Source: Lama guanicoe
Taxonomy: Eukaryota
Direction of reading: 5' to 3'
Assembly (NCBI GenBank): GCA_013239625.1
Contig: MU054220.1
Coordinates: 4,341,374-4,405,373, forward strand
DNA: 64,000 nucleotides
A program made the position numbers and the translations under genes. Each line of letters opens with the position of its first letter. Position 1 is the stretch's first letter. Under the pieces are notes generated by a model. The model made no database searches, was not told where the DNA came from, and saw only the letters and a list, made by a program, of their open reading frames with translations. Below, in pieces: positions 26,689 through 41,899 of the stretch.

Positions 26689-27607
26689 AAGAAGAAGAGG
26701 AAGAAGAAGAAGAAAGGAAAAGAGAAGAAAAAGAAAAAATGCCCTGCAAATCCACGCCACCAGCCCTTTTCACTTCCTCACTCATAACTCAGAAATATGA
26801 GCCAATTATGTGCCAAGCAAAGAGAACACAGCAGTTCAAAAATAGACCTGGCCACAGCTTACAAAATCCACAAACCAAAGCAGAGAAGGTTTAAGTGTAA
26901 TTACAAGGGCATGAAGGTACACTAGGAGTGCCATTCCAGGGGCTAGAAAGTGCGCCCCCAACTAAGTGGTATTCAAGTTGAAACCTACAGGACTAGCAGC
27001 TCACGTCTGATGAAATTGAGGAAAAAGATTTCCAGACATTGCAAAGTGTTTACAGCCCAAAAGACTGAGACCAAAGCTGTTCTAAGAACTAAAAGGAAAA
27101 AAAAAGCTAGAGATAGAGACAGTGGTCATGTGGTCTAGGGTCTTGAAAGACATTTTAAGGAGTCTGAGCTTCTAAGTACAATGTGATGCCAACAATCAGA
27201 CTGGAGGGCAGCAAGACTAGAAGCAGAAACCATGGAGGAAGCCTTTTCAGCAACCCAAAGAGAGAGGACCGTAACCTGGTGCAGGAAGGTGCAGAGAGAC
27301 GGAGTAGAAGACACGTCTCAAAAATACTTGGGATGTAGAATCAGGAGGACTTATTCTTTTGATACAGGTAGTAAGGGAGAGGAAGGAGTTAAAGACACCA
27401 CACAGACTTCTGGCTCGGGAAGCCGGGGAGGCAGCAAATTTACTGAGCGTGAGAGAGAACTGAAGGACAAACAGGATTGAGGTGGGCAGGAGAGACAGCA
27501 GACTCCAGGGCCCTGGCCTGTAATCGAGGCTTTGACGGCTGTGGTACCTGCCCCGCTGGCCCTCGCCGGCATCTCCCAGCACACCTGGCTGCACTGAATG
27601 TCCCTTA

Positions 27608-27772
<165 letters not shown>

Positions 27773-30700
27773 TCATTCTGATAAGCTCTGTGGGAAGGGG
27801 TAACTGAATATTTCTAATAATATCAACCACAGCTAATGTTTCCCAAGACACTTTTCTCTAAAGACACTGTGCTAAATGCTACACAATCACATCTCCTGGA
27901 CACTAGCTCCTTCCTACTCCTGAGTCACCAGCCTTCCTCTGGGGTCCAAGTAGTCTTTCCTTATTCTCCATGTTGTAAAGAACATCACAGCTAGGAGGAC
28001 ACCCTACGAATAGCCCCTCTGATTCGGATCCCATTCACCTCTCCTCTTAAACACACTTACAGTACCCGGAGTATAACAGGTCTGCACAGGAAGACTGGCT
28101 GGGCAGTCCCTTACCAACCCTCTGACTAGAATCTCAGGGGACAATGGGCAAAGGGAGCACTGGTGATGGTGCAGTGTCACATCTCACACCGCATATGCCC
28201 CGGTCTCTCTAGAGTTCCCGCCCCAGGCAGTTCTTTCCACTGTCACCCCAGAGTTACGTGTGAATTGTGTAGCTTCCGGCAGCTCTCACCATCCATTCCA
28301 GCTACCCAGTCTTCTTACCCCAATTCCCCATTCAGGAAGCAGAACCCAGAACTGCACCTTTAGTCCTTCTTTTGCCGTCTGCATGCACAAGCTCTTATTC
28401 TCCTTAATTAGAAAGCCATGAACACGCTCTTTTGATTGGATCCAGCAAGTAGTACAATGACACCTCATCAGAAAGGAGGCAGGTGTATACCACACCAACT
28501 TTTACAGTTATTCTGTCCCCAGGGCCCCAAACCCATCAAGTCTCTTACTGGGACTGAGTTTTGCCAGTTGCACACACTCCGCAGTCTGAGCCAAAATGTC
28601 TGAATGCAAAAACCCCATTTTCTGCAATATTGATTGCTACCAATCCCCTCCCTGTCCTGATGACAGCCCACATTCCCTCCTAACATGACCAGTTTAAGTT
28701 CAAAGATTTTCAAACCACCCCTGCAAATCCCAATCTGTTTGTTTAAGCTTTATGAAACCAAGAATTGCTTAGGGAGGTAATGTGCAGGCTCAAAAACTCT
28801 CCAGCTGCCAGTCCGCTCTGTAAAACTTAATGACTAGTCTTAGTACCAACATACGGTCTTATTTTTCCTGATTAGCATTCAGCAATGAATCCACCCGACA
28901 TGAATTTGGGTAGGTTCCATGAGCATGATGGCAAGCAGACTGCAAGGGCCCCCCCAACCTACGTGCAAAGAAGCAAACCTGGATCCAATATACAGGCACC
29001 AGGCAGTCCAGGTAAGCCAGGGTAGTGGCTGATGAAGTAAATGCACCCCCGCCCCAGAGGCAGGAGTGCGCATATGCAGTGAGAAAGGAAGCGGGTGTAC
29101 ACGACACGAACTTTTACTGTTACTCTGTCCCTGGAGCCCCAGCAGGGTTCCGGAGGGGGTTAAGCACCAGCAGTGGGAAAGCATGTCACCCGAAGCAGCT
29201 TGCATATCACACATGTGCCATCTCGTCAGTGATCTCAGAAGGAGCCACCACTGCAATCAGTCAAACAAGCCTCACACCCACCCTGCTGCTGACAGACCTC
29301 GGCTCTAAGTCACTGTATCGTCTCCTATCAGGGTTTCCCTGACATTATAATGCAGAAAAACTGTATGCATCCCTTGCTTTACAGAACACGTGTTTTACAT
29401 TGACTGAAAAGTGAATTTCTGAGCAGCACATTCTGTTTTCCCATTATGTCTCCCCAAATCAGAGATCAGTTTCAAAGCTGCAAGAGACTGAATAGAAAAT
29501 TCTCAGCTAAGAAAGTATGGCTGTGATGACCACAATGACCACACTCATACTAGGTCAAGTGCTCTGTCAGTCCAAGTGTCCACCAGCATCTTCAGCACTT
29601 TCGGGGACTTGCTGACTCTGGGACGTCTCCGTCACTGAGTCCTCCTCCTCACGGCCTCGTGGACTCCACCATCCCTACCCCGGGTCTTCCCCAGATGCTC
29701 TCACAGCTCTCCTCCTCCCGTCCGAGGATTCACAGAATCTAAATATAGTTCACCTGCAAGTGTATCTTTTGCTTCCTTTTAAACTACGCAAGTAATCAGG
29801 CCTGCAAATTCCTTAAATACAAAGCTCCAAGTTCTGAGAGCTATATTCAATATTCTGTAATAATCCATAGTGGGAAAAAAAATTAAGCCTCAAGCTTCAG
29901 ATTTTGAGGGGACAAAAAGCTGACCAATTCGATTGGTTATCCTTATTTGTTTACTGACACAAAAAAACAATTTAAAAAATAAGTGTAAAAAAATATTTAT
30001 GAGACCAGCAAATTTGATCAATGGCTAGATATTTGGTGAATATCTGGTGATATTGAAGAATTACTATTAATTTTTTTAGGTATGAAATAGTATTTTTGTT
30101 ATGTTTCTTAAAAAGCTCTTATCACGCAGAGTCTCAAGTGAAAATATTTACAGATGTAAAGATGTAACACCTAGAATTTTCTTCTAGATAATCTGCGGGG
30201 CCTGGAGGGAGTGAGAGGAGTACAGATGAACTGAGTTGACAATTACCAAAGCTGGACAGTGGGTACGTGGAGCTCACTGAGCTAGTCTCACTTCCTTTAT
30301 GTAGCTTAAAGATTTTCCATAACAAGTTAAAATAAATAAATATACACTCACACGAGAGTAGACATTTATGAGGGGTATTCACAAAAAAGCTAAGGTTAAA
30401 TTACACAACTTGGTGAGAAAACAAAGTTTATTAAAGAAAACAAAGATCAGCAAAGTTGGGCACTGAAAAGGTATAATTTGCTTTCATTTAAATTAAAATA
30501 AAATGGATATGTGTATACATATGTGTGTGTGTGTGTGTGTGCATGTGTTCGACTATAAATCCATCAAATAAAGACTAGAAAAATAAACAGTATTTGAGAA
30601 TGGTGATTACCTTTCCGTAAGGGAGTAAAACCAGAGCAGGATTTGAAATAGATTTAAACAGTATAAAAGATACACTCACTGAGCTGACCTTTCCTTGCAT

Positions 30701-32527
30701 ATCCCCAAGTCAAATAATTCTTAAATAATCACACCTATGACTTTAGACTTGAAGGGAATCTTAGAAACAGTCTAATCTAGAGTACTTTCAAATTTCTGAG
30801 CAGTCAGGTATGCAGCTCCTGCTAAAACCATTCTACACTCGTGGTTCTTGCCTTCTCTAAATCCAGGAGCAAGAACAAAGGATAAGAAAAATTAACAAGC
30901 AAATCTACTATTCCTTATCCCAACCAGAAGACCACCGAGGCTTCAAATGAAATTTCCCACATGCAAAGATAAAGGAGGACTATACGGTGATTCATTACTT
31001 GCTATAGGATTGCCTATAATCACTTACAAAAATACAAGCATAGGGAAAACGATTTAACCTTCCTGATCCTTAACACCTAAGCACCAGCAAGAACTTAAAC
31101 TCTCTCCTGACTACTTGACACTCTCCTGCAGAGAAATGAAACCTCATTTAACATGTGCACTTAATAAAAATAAAATCCTTCTCCCATGCAGATACATATA
31201 CCAAAATGTCAGCAAAAAGTGAAATGTCCCAAACAGAAATAAGCTCTTCTCAAAACAAACCCAGAACAGCAGGTGAAGACATTGCATTCCTAACAGCTCT
31301 TTCCCTTCCCTTCTCTATCCTCTGAAGTATTTCACTTTCCCAGAGCAACCAAATGCATAAAACAGTAGCCCACTCAGGAATATGGGGGCTGAGAGCCAAA
31401 CCAGGGATATCCTAGTGTTCAGCTGGTTTGTGCAGAATTTGTGTGACCTGACTGCCCTCTACTGTCCAAATTGGTTTCTACACCAAAGCTGAGGAATGGT
31501 CCTGGGTGTATGTCTCTTCCAGTGATAATTGTATTTCCAGATAGAAACTCAACACGGACTCTAGATAATCACTTAAAGCAAAGAGGGCTTAGATTTAATC
31601 TTCTGGGGAAAAGTGGTACTAAGTGTAGATTTTCATACATGACAATGTTGGCTTCTAATCAATTGAGAACACAGCTGGCCTCAGGCTGTTCTCTCACCTT
31701 TTTCTGTAACAATAATGTCAAGAGTTAAACATCAACTGCAATAAAGTTGGTTATTAACGAGCTCATACATAAACTTAAGAATAATCCTCTACTATGTGTA
31801 TTGCCCAGGACCCTGACGTTGGGCCCAAGCTTTCGCTCTTGTCAGAGCCTTGAACCAAGTATGAGGAGAGGAACCGTAAGCAGCGCCTCCCTCCTGAGTT
31901 TTCCAGGAGGCCTCCAGCCAGTGTGGTGCGCTCAGCGCACAGGAGGGCCGATAAAGACAGTAAGTAAGTGAACTCAGGATCGCAATCGTGCAATCATGGC
32001 CACCCCACAGCACATCTGCCTGTTTGGAAGTTTTATTAGGAAGGAAGGAAAGAAGCTCACTGCCTGAAACAACAAAGTCAGTGCTAATCAGAGCGCCCTC
32101 ACTTTCCCGACCTCACAGGCTCCAGGTATCCCTTCACACATCCACACCCCCTCCCTCCGTTAGCTCTACTGCCCGCAGATGCCCCACAGTGCGAGAGCCC
32201 TGACACTTCCCAGTGATGAACCAGGCCTTGGGGGCTGGGGTGCTGCACTCAGGAGAGCAAAACCCAGACCAAGGAAACAAGATCGCTTTTTAAGGTGCTC
32301 CGCTAGAACCAAAGCTCTAATTGGCTTCCCACAACAGATTGAGGCAGGCCCCAGTGCTTCTACATCTTGAGGAGGGAAAGGCCTCGGACAGTTTTCCACT
32401 TTAACAAACAATTCTGATTCCACAGTACGTCCCGGTGGGCATAGGAAAACGATTCCACACAAACAAAAGGGTCTGAGTTTACTGAATCCTCAGAAACTCA
32501 TCACAAGGACAACCTCAAATACACCTA

Positions 32528-32647
<120 letters not shown>

Positions 32648-33150
32648 TCACAAGTCAACTAAGACAAGTCAGCTCCTGGATGACAAGCAGCAAGTATCTC
32701 CAGCCCATACTAGGCCACTTCTCTGCAGGTATGCAGAGTGAATGCCTGGACATCCCAACAGTGCATCAGGCACAGGGCTGGCTCCTTTAAGGGAAAACTG
32801 GGTAGATGTGTACTTCAAGCCTGACCACTGCAGAACTGCTTACAATAATAAGTACCTGAAAACTATCTGAATGCTTACCATCTGGTTAAAGAAACAAAAT
32901 AGAAATAAAACACAGAAGGCCAGTTAAATACATAATGGAATGTGTGCAAATGGAATACTATATAACCCTTAAAATTATATAGAATTGATATATAAATATG
33001 AATTTTTTGGAAATCTATTCATGATATATTAAGGGGAAAAGGCAGCAAAACATGTTTTGCTGTGTGATCCCCATTCTTGAGAAAAATGTATATATACACA
33101 TGCATATATATATAAACATCTATAAAGAATGTATACATTCATGCCTATGT

Positions 33151-33350
33151 GTGTATATATATATATATATATTCTAATTGAAGTATAGTTGATTTACAAT
33201 ATTGTGCTTATCTCCGGTATATAGCAAAGTGATTCAGTTATACATATATATGTGCATATCTTTTTTTTCAATTTTTTTATTATAGTTTATTACAAGATAT
33301 TGATTATAATTCCTTGTGCTATATAGTAAATCTTTGTTTATCCATTTTAT
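33151..33350 (-). mobile_element. 5'-truncated L1 3' end with TSD
   Basis: Same 3' UTR as the 22.6 kb L1 (ttgaagtatagttgatttacaatattgtg); TSD atgcctatgt at 33141-33150 and 33351-33360. Confidence 0.8.
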
Positions 33351-33663
33351 ATGCCTATGTATATTTTTTATACAAAAAATGACTTAAAAACAATATTAAA
33401 AGATTAATGATTATCTCTTAGAGGCAGGTTTATGAAATGAATTTTTGAATTCATTCTTTTTGTTCACCTGTATTTTCAGGTTTTTTACAGTGAATGTGTA
33501 TTATGAAAGTAACAAAGAACGAGGAAAAGTACTCAAATTTAAAGGGAAAGTATGGGAAGACGAGCCATCCTTAGCTTTTAAACGTTAGTTTGGAAGCGGG
33601 GAACCCACCGCGGCTGCTCACGGTCAGGAGGCCAGGTGCTCCCAGCACGCACGAGGCAGCCTA

Positions 33664-34539
<876 letters not shown>

Positions 34540-35169
34540 CTATACGCTACATTTAGTATTTAATACTACGTATAGTACTTAACAAAAATGTTGTTATATA
34601 ATGTAAAAATGAAAGTATAACCTATAAATATATATTCTCTGAAAGCATAAGCTGGTAAATGTGTGGGACCAGGGAAGAGGGGCGCTGACCAAGCAAGAAA
34701 AATCAAAAGCGGAACAGCTGAAGACACTTGTTTCATTTCGTTTTTAAACACTTGCCTAACAACTGAAGTGTCATCGGACAAACTGATGCTTGGTTATTCC
34801 AAAGCCTGCTTTCTTTCATTCATTCATTCATTCAACCCTCGCAGAGCCCCTACCATGTGCTGTGAAGGAATCAAAGAAGAAACCAAAGACCTGCCTAAGA
34901 GGAATCAAGATGCTAATGAGACACACAAAACCAGGACAAAACACAAAATGTAAAAAATACCACTAGGAAAATACCAAGAAAGGACCAAGGGGTATTAGAG
35001 AAGAAGATTAATCTTTAACCTTCAATAAAATACACATTGATGTTTGATAATAAAGGGATAGTTGGTACATTTAGATGGAAGGAGGAAATGAAGAAAGAAG
35101 TGAGGGTGAGGGAAGCAGAGGAGAAGGGAGGGGAAAAGAAAGGCCAGAGTGGTAGATCCATTTCTAAAG

Positions 35170-35565
35170 ACAATGGTGGCAGTTCTTCCCAATGGTGAAC
35201 GTGCAACCATTTTTCCAAGCAAAAGATGGAATCTATTTCCCTTCCTCCTAAATCTGGACTAGCTTTGTGCCTTCCTTTGACCAAGAGAACGCAGCATAAG
35301 TGAGCTTCTGGGACTTTGGAGCCCAGGCCTTCCGAGACCTGCGGCTGCTGCCTTTGTTCTCCTGGAGGCCGGATGCCACGTGGTGAGGAAGCTGAGCTCC
35401 GGGGTGAAAGGAACCTCAGGAAGACCCCTAGAGGAGACTATGTGGAGCAGACATGAACGATCCCCACCAGGTTCTGCACAGATGGCAGAATCCTGAGCAA
35501 ATACATGATTGCTGCTGTTATAAGTTTTGAGGTGGTTTGCTACATAGTAATAGATAAAAGAAACA
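35170..35565 (+). mobile_element. MLT1-type MaLR LTR
   Basis: Ends taagttttgaggtggtttgctacatagtaatagataaaagaaaca, a typical MLT1 terminus. Confidence 0.7.
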
Positions 35566-36989
35566 GCCAATAAGCATCATTGACTGATACAAAGAAAATT
35601 CTTAGTTCTCAGCTGAAAGTGCAGAGTTTCCCTGTAGATCACAGATTAAGATCCTGACCAATCAAGCCCCCCACATCTGATGCCTAGATACCACGTGGGG
35701 AGGGGTGGCTGCATCATGTCACAGACTTGTTACTGCAACAAGCGACTTCAGCATTCCATGTGTCAAAATCCCAACTTTAGAATGCTCTCATTCTACTCAC
35801 TGACCTTTCAGAAAAGCTATTAGTATAAAGAGAAATAACTGAAAAGCTCATAGACCACCTTAGGGTTTATTAACCATTTTCACTTTGGCTTAACAGAGTT
35901 TTCCCCAGTTACACCCACTATGTAAAACTACTTTCTACCTAGCCAGTAGGGTCTTGTCAAGCCTTGAATGTTGCAATCATTATCAACTTTTTGGGTACAA
36001 TGTGCTGAATAGTCATGAATAATTTTAACCTGTATCTCTCTGAGACCATGATCTGGAACATATCAAGAAATGTGCTTGTCATGGAATACTGTATGAAAGT
36101 TCATACATTTTAACCTTAAAGATGATCATCTTTGGGGTATATATATCAGCCATTCAATATATGCTAATTGATTTCAGGACAGAAATGCAGGCACCAGAGC
36201 TATTTCACTTTCTCTGTCATTCTAACAAGAGCAGGATGCTCCCAGTCTGACCTCAAGCCCTACTACTGCCAGGCCCACCCTAATGGCTTTCTTGCCATTC
36301 TATGTGTCCCTCCGGGAGTGAGAACCATGGAGGTCTTGGGACAAATGCATTCAAGGAGCTGCACTCTCCACATGTCCCATATTAGAAGTTCCCAACAGGC
36401 TCTAAAGGTCTGTTTACATCCTTAACCAGTGCTTCTCAAACACCCAAATGGTAAGAACCGCACAGGGAGAGCTTGTTGAAACAGAGTGCTTGGTCCCAGC
36501 ACTGGAGGGTTGTATTAATAGGTCTAAAATAAGGTCACAGAATCTGTCAATTAGCAAGTCCCTCATGTGTTTATTTTGTGCAGCCAGGTTTGAAATCTTT
36601 ACTAATGTTAGACAAACTATTTTGATCACAGTGGCTTTCAAACTTTTTTTTTTTTACTAAAACCTACAATAAGAAAACATTTTCTATTGTGACCAAATAC
36701 AAACACAGATATGTATGTATTTGAAGTAAGTTTCACAAAACAATGTTTAACCGTAGTACATAGTATTAGCCACAGAACACGTGATGAACACTGTATTCTT
36801 CTACTTTGTTATCCTATCGCTTTTTAAAAATACTGGCCATAACCTACCAGATGAATTATACCATCCAATAATTGACCATCCACAGTTTGAAAAATACTGT
36901 TTTCACACATAACAAAACTGGGGTTAAGGGAACAATAATAGTACCCACTTATTAGCTTTACAAATTTTCAAAATTTCAGATTTACTATA

Positions 36990-38410
36990 AAAAAGTCATT
37001 ATTACAACAAAATAAATCCAAAGAGAATAGAAGGAATTAAGTAATAAATAAAAACACAGAAATTAATTAATTAAAAACAAATAGGTTCCACAGAGCTAAA
37101 ACTTTTTTTTAAAAAACTAATAAAATTGACATTTGACACAATTCTAGTAAGGTTAATCAAGAGGGAAAAAAGCACAAAGAAATATCTAGAATGAAAGGAG
37201 ACCGTAACTAAATGTATTTAAAAGATAAGATGGTATCAATGAACTTATACCAATATATTGAAAATTTTAATGAAATGGAAAAATTCTTTAAAAATATACC
37301 TTATCAAAACAGCCTCAAGGAGAAACAGCAAACCTGGATAATTCTGTAATATTAAAGAAACTGAACTGAAAGTTTAAAAACTCTTCCTATAAAGAAAAAC
37401 CCCAAGTCCAAAAAATTCTCCAAGTTCCACCAAACATTCAAGAAACAGTAATTCTAATTTCCACAAATTATTCCAGAGCTCAGAAAAAAGAACATCCCTT
37501 AATCTATTTTTAGGAGCCTAGTATAACATTAATACCAAAAATCTTAGACTAGTGGTTCTCAAAATATGGTCTGGGGACTCTTAGGGGTCCCCAAGACCCT
37601 TTCAAAGGATCTGAACTATTTTTATAATAATGCTGGCATTATTTTTTCACTTTCAGTTTCCAGAGGCTACATAATGCAAAGACTGAAGTAGATATGAGAA
37701 TCTAGCTGTCTTCTGTTAAGGTTTTCCAAACATAATGAAAGGTATCAATGCACAGATTTAAGATGCTCAACTCTAAGCACTATATATAGAGAGAGAGAGA
37801 GACAGATAGATAGATATATAAAACCAACTAAATATGTCAAAGTAAAGCCACCAAAAAGAAAGCCAAAGAAAAATATTAAAAGCAGCCAGAGGGGAGGAAA
37901 TCTATTCAAGGTAGACTAAAAAGCTGTATGTAACAGGCAAAATCATAAGATATTTATAACACAACAGAGAATATCTATGGCTTTCAGGCAGAATGATTTC
38001 CAAAATAAAATGCAAAAAGTGCAAATCATAAAAAGATAAAATGATAAATTCAGTGTTATAATTAAGGATTTTTGTTCATCAAAAGACATTACAAGGAAGT
38101 AAAAAGAAGCTACAAAGAAGATATTTGCAATACACATAACCAATAAGGACTAGTCACCAGAAGAACTGCCACAAAGTAATGAGAAGCAAACAAAAAAATC
38201 CAAAACAAACAAAAAAATAGAAAACTAGACAAAAGACTTATACAGGAATTTCACTGAGGAGGAAACAAAAATGGTACATACATCTGAAAAGATGTTCAGT
38301 CTAATTAGTGGACAGGGAAGGTAAACCCACAATGAGACATCTTCTACCCCTCAGCATGGGAAAATACAAGCTTCAAACACCACCAAGTGCTGGCAGGACC
38401 TGGAGCCACC
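36990..38410 (+). mobile_element. Ancient L1 (L1M-type) fragments, interrupted by a hAT-like piece near 37550-37720
   Basis: A-rich strand with decayed L1 ORF2-like phrases (gaaatggaaaaattctt, gatatttgcaatacacataac, gaaaagatgttca). Confidence 0.6.
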
Positions 38411-39583
38411 GTAACTCCGAGGGTAGGAGTAGGACCCGGCTTCCCAGTCCCGAGTGGGCAGCAGAAAGGCTGGAAAGAAGCAAGGCTGACACCCACTATG
38501 TTAGAGTCCTAGGCATCACATTTTGCTTCGTACCTGTCCCAGTTTGGGCTCCCCCTGACTACACACCCCTACCCCTCCAATAAAAGAACCAGGGACAAGG
38601 ATGCATGGCTGGTAGTTTTACTTGGGAGCTAGAGTACAGAGCAAGAAGAGAGATGGGGAACCAGGGAAAGCCAACAAGAGTTTGTTATTAAGCTGGGTAA
38701 CAGGGGCTCTTTACGAATCTTCTGAAGAACCACACTGACTACACCACCTCCCTCAGAAGGATGAGAGGCCAGGGCATGTATCTGCCAACTCCCATCCACT
38801 ACTGCTCGAGGGCTGTCTGGATTATGATCAGCTCAGACCCTGTATGTAACAGCCCTGGGTATTATCCTTTCCTTGATGTACCACTAGTCTGACAAAGGCC
38901 TTGAGGAAGGACTTGGGGAAGATCTGTCTGTACTTTCAGGGACGCTGCAAAGTTCTTCTTCAAAGAGATCCAGCTTCTCCCTCAATCCATGTGAAACAGG
39001 TCTGCGAGCTGGCTCACATCTAAAAATCACTAGGTAACAGTGATTTTTCCACTGCAGCAGCTGACACCAGCCTTCTACTTGCCAGCTCTCGATTTTGTTT
39101 CTGATTCTACAAGTGAAGCAATACCCTCGCTGGCTGCCCACCTATACTGTCTACAGGAATGCCAGGCTCTATGAGCAACACAGTGGGTCCAGACACACCA
39201 GTTTCAAGTCAGGCTTCACTGCCTATTATGGATATTGCATCTACCTTGCCTCTGATGGTGCCACCATCTGGCCTCTGCTGTTTCAGAATCCTATCATCCT
39301 CACTGAGCCTTGGGAACCCAGTTCCTGGGTCATACCTCATAAAGTCAACCCTGGCCTACAGAGGAGAACCAACATTGAGCTCAAAGATGCTGGTCCCCTC
39401 TATGGGATTCCGTACTACCAGAGGGAAGGGAGAACGACACTCTTCCAGGAACACAGGCAGGAGGTGCGTCTCTGGCCTCCAACAGTAAATCTGTTTCAAA
39501 CCTCCACCTCCCTGAACCTTCTGATCCCTTCCTTGGTATGCTGCCAACACAGCTCTGGCACCTCCACCTCGTTTACTCCAGAC

Positions 39584-39795
39584 CAGGGCTTCTCAACCTC
39601 AGCAATACTGACATTTTGGGCCAGATAATTCTTTTTTGTGGGGAGCTGTTCTGTACAATGTAAAGGTTTAGTAGCATCCCTGGTCTCTACCCAACAGAAG
39701 CCAGAAGCAACCCCTCATTATGACAACTAAAATATATCCAGACATTGCCAAATATCCCCTGGGGAGGCAAAATGACCCCTAGTTGAGAAGCGATG
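39584..39795. mobile_element. MER20 (near full length)
   Basis: cagggcttctcaacctcagcaatactgacattttgggccagataattc...gttgagaag, terminal inverted repeats. Confidence 0.8.
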
Positions 39796-41249
39796 GCATC
39801 ACTGTCATGTCCAAGCTTCCAGAAGCCTGCCCAGCAGCACATCAGGACCTTGTCCTTATCAGAGCATTAAATCCTGAACCACGAGAGGATGTTCCCAAGA
39901 GTTTCTCCCATTTGGCTCCATGGTCCACCACTATCCCTCCTCTCTTGGTCTGACACCCTCAATATTCATTTCCACGTGTGTTCCTCCAGCTCCTGCTGGT
40001 CCACATGGTCCCATGGGTGGCTACTCCCAAGGATACAAAGTCACATTTCTGAGGTTTGCCTACACCAGCTAAGGAGCTCCTATAAGTCTGTGCCAAATAG
40101 CTGAGAGAGATGGAGGGCGCTGGAGGTGAAATAAAAACTCTTAATAAAAGAAATGAGGGGAAAGTCTTAAATGAAAGAGGACGCTGTAATAAGTGGTGCT
40201 TTAGAGACAGAGAACCTTCTCGGTGAGTACCCTCCTACCTTTAACAGGCTTCACTACAGCACTTGCCAGGTTGTATTAATTGGTTAAGTAATTGCAAGTC
40301 TGTCTCTCCTACTGGTTGTCATTTTCACATAGTCAGTTTTTACGCATCTGCTCAATGTTCCCAGGATCTAATACCATGTTTAGAACACGTTTCATACAAA
40401 CATAAATGTCTGCTGAATGAAGGAGTGTCTCTATCCTTCCCAGGTCCGTCAGGGCATGCACTGGTCAAGGTTCAAGTTTTGAGTAATTACATGTTGATGA
40501 ACTCTGATTATTTTCTTTCTTGAACTAGTTTCCAAAGGTGGGGGAAATGGCTAGGTAATTCCACAGACAGAATTTTCTGTACCCCATGGTCTCTCCACCC
40601 TCTTCTCCTCTAACACTGAGCTTCCCCAAAGAGGACAAACCAAAAGGAATCTTCTACAAATGAATGTTTGTTTCCTATAATACCACAACTTGGATCAGAA
40701 CAAGAATTCCACAACAAAGCCTGACAAACTTTAGCCTCCTTGAAGCACATCAAACCTGTCCCTGCAAAATACACTGGAATCAGCTGGCTAGATGTCAAGC
40801 ACTGAATCACTGGAAAAATCTTTTAGCCCCGCTCTACTGTCAGGATGATCTACATTTTCTGTTCCTGGAATTATTTATTCCTAAACTTTGCCTGAATAGC
40901 CTTTCCTCAGCGCTTCAGTCTATGTCCAATCCATTTAGTCCATTTTCGGTCACAGTCTCTTGGCTTCTCAATCTTTTTAGAGAAGCCCTCCCAGCTGAAC
41001 TCTTAGGGCCGCTGGAACTTTACTCAACTGTTCCTGAAAACAAAGAAACCCAATATTGGCAAAAGCAGGAAAACCTGCAATTCATTGCCTTACCTGATAG
41101 GATTCTTTATAATTAAACTTTATAATTAAAGTTATATCATGGCTAACTTACCCTAAAAAAATGGTTTCTAATTTAAAAAATAAAAACCCGTGCCCTTCTG
41201 TGGGAATTATACTATAATGAATGCAATGCACATAATTAAGGAACTAATA

Positions 41250-41480
41250 ACTAAACTTTGCTGAGGACATACTACATGCCAGGATCGGTTTTAATTTCTT
41301 TATGTTAACTCATTTAATCTTCCTAACAGTGCCATGTGATAAGCTATTACTATCCTCATTTTACAGACAAGGGAAGTGTAACAAGAAGGCTAAATAACTT
41401 GCCCAATGTCACATAGCTGGAAAACGCCAATGCTAGGATTTGGAGATTGGCAGTCTGGCTCTGGAGCCTGAGCTCTTAAC
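41250..41480. mobile_element. MIR (similar copies near 2670-2820, 3115-3265, 8370-8505, 11590-11725, 49420-49650, 52470-52670, 56710-56860, 57630-57810, 59460-59620, 60470-60600)
   Basis: MIR core motifs such as cattttacaga(t/c)gaggaaactgaggc and taacttgccca..gtcaca.agct. Confidence 0.7.
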
Positions 41481-41899
41481 CCCCAAGTGAAGCTGCCTCC
41501 CCTGATTACCCTTAAAAGCCTGAATTAGATACACCTTTTTCATTCCTCAATTAGCCAGCATAACTTGACAGATGCAAATCTACCCATTCATACCAGCATA
41601 TGCAACCAGAAGGGTTAAGTCAGCGGAAGTGAAGAGTGATGGAAATTGAGTCATATATTTTATTACCGTAAACAGCCTTGGAGCTCTGAAATTTACAAAC
41701 CGAGTCCAGTTTAAGTCCTTAGGCACTCAACTGCCTTAGAAGAAGAATTTAAATTGACATATTTGTATTTCACGACATCTTCAGACAAGTAAGTCAAGGA
41801 CCCTTTTCAATTAGCACTTCCCAATAAATTACACCAAGCAATTTTAACCTCAAAACTATATACATGTATCTGGCTCCCGCCGCCAGTAGTACAACTTCA

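Noticed and set aside
38580..40060. 177-aa ORF (39095-39628) and possible ERVL/MaLR internal sequence
   Set aside because: The ORF runs into a MER20 and has no recognisable motif; the region may be an old LTR element but is too decayed to name by eye.
41105..41130. Tandem ctttataattaaa x2
   Set aside because: Simple 13-bp slippage duplication in AT-rich DNA; no other support for function.
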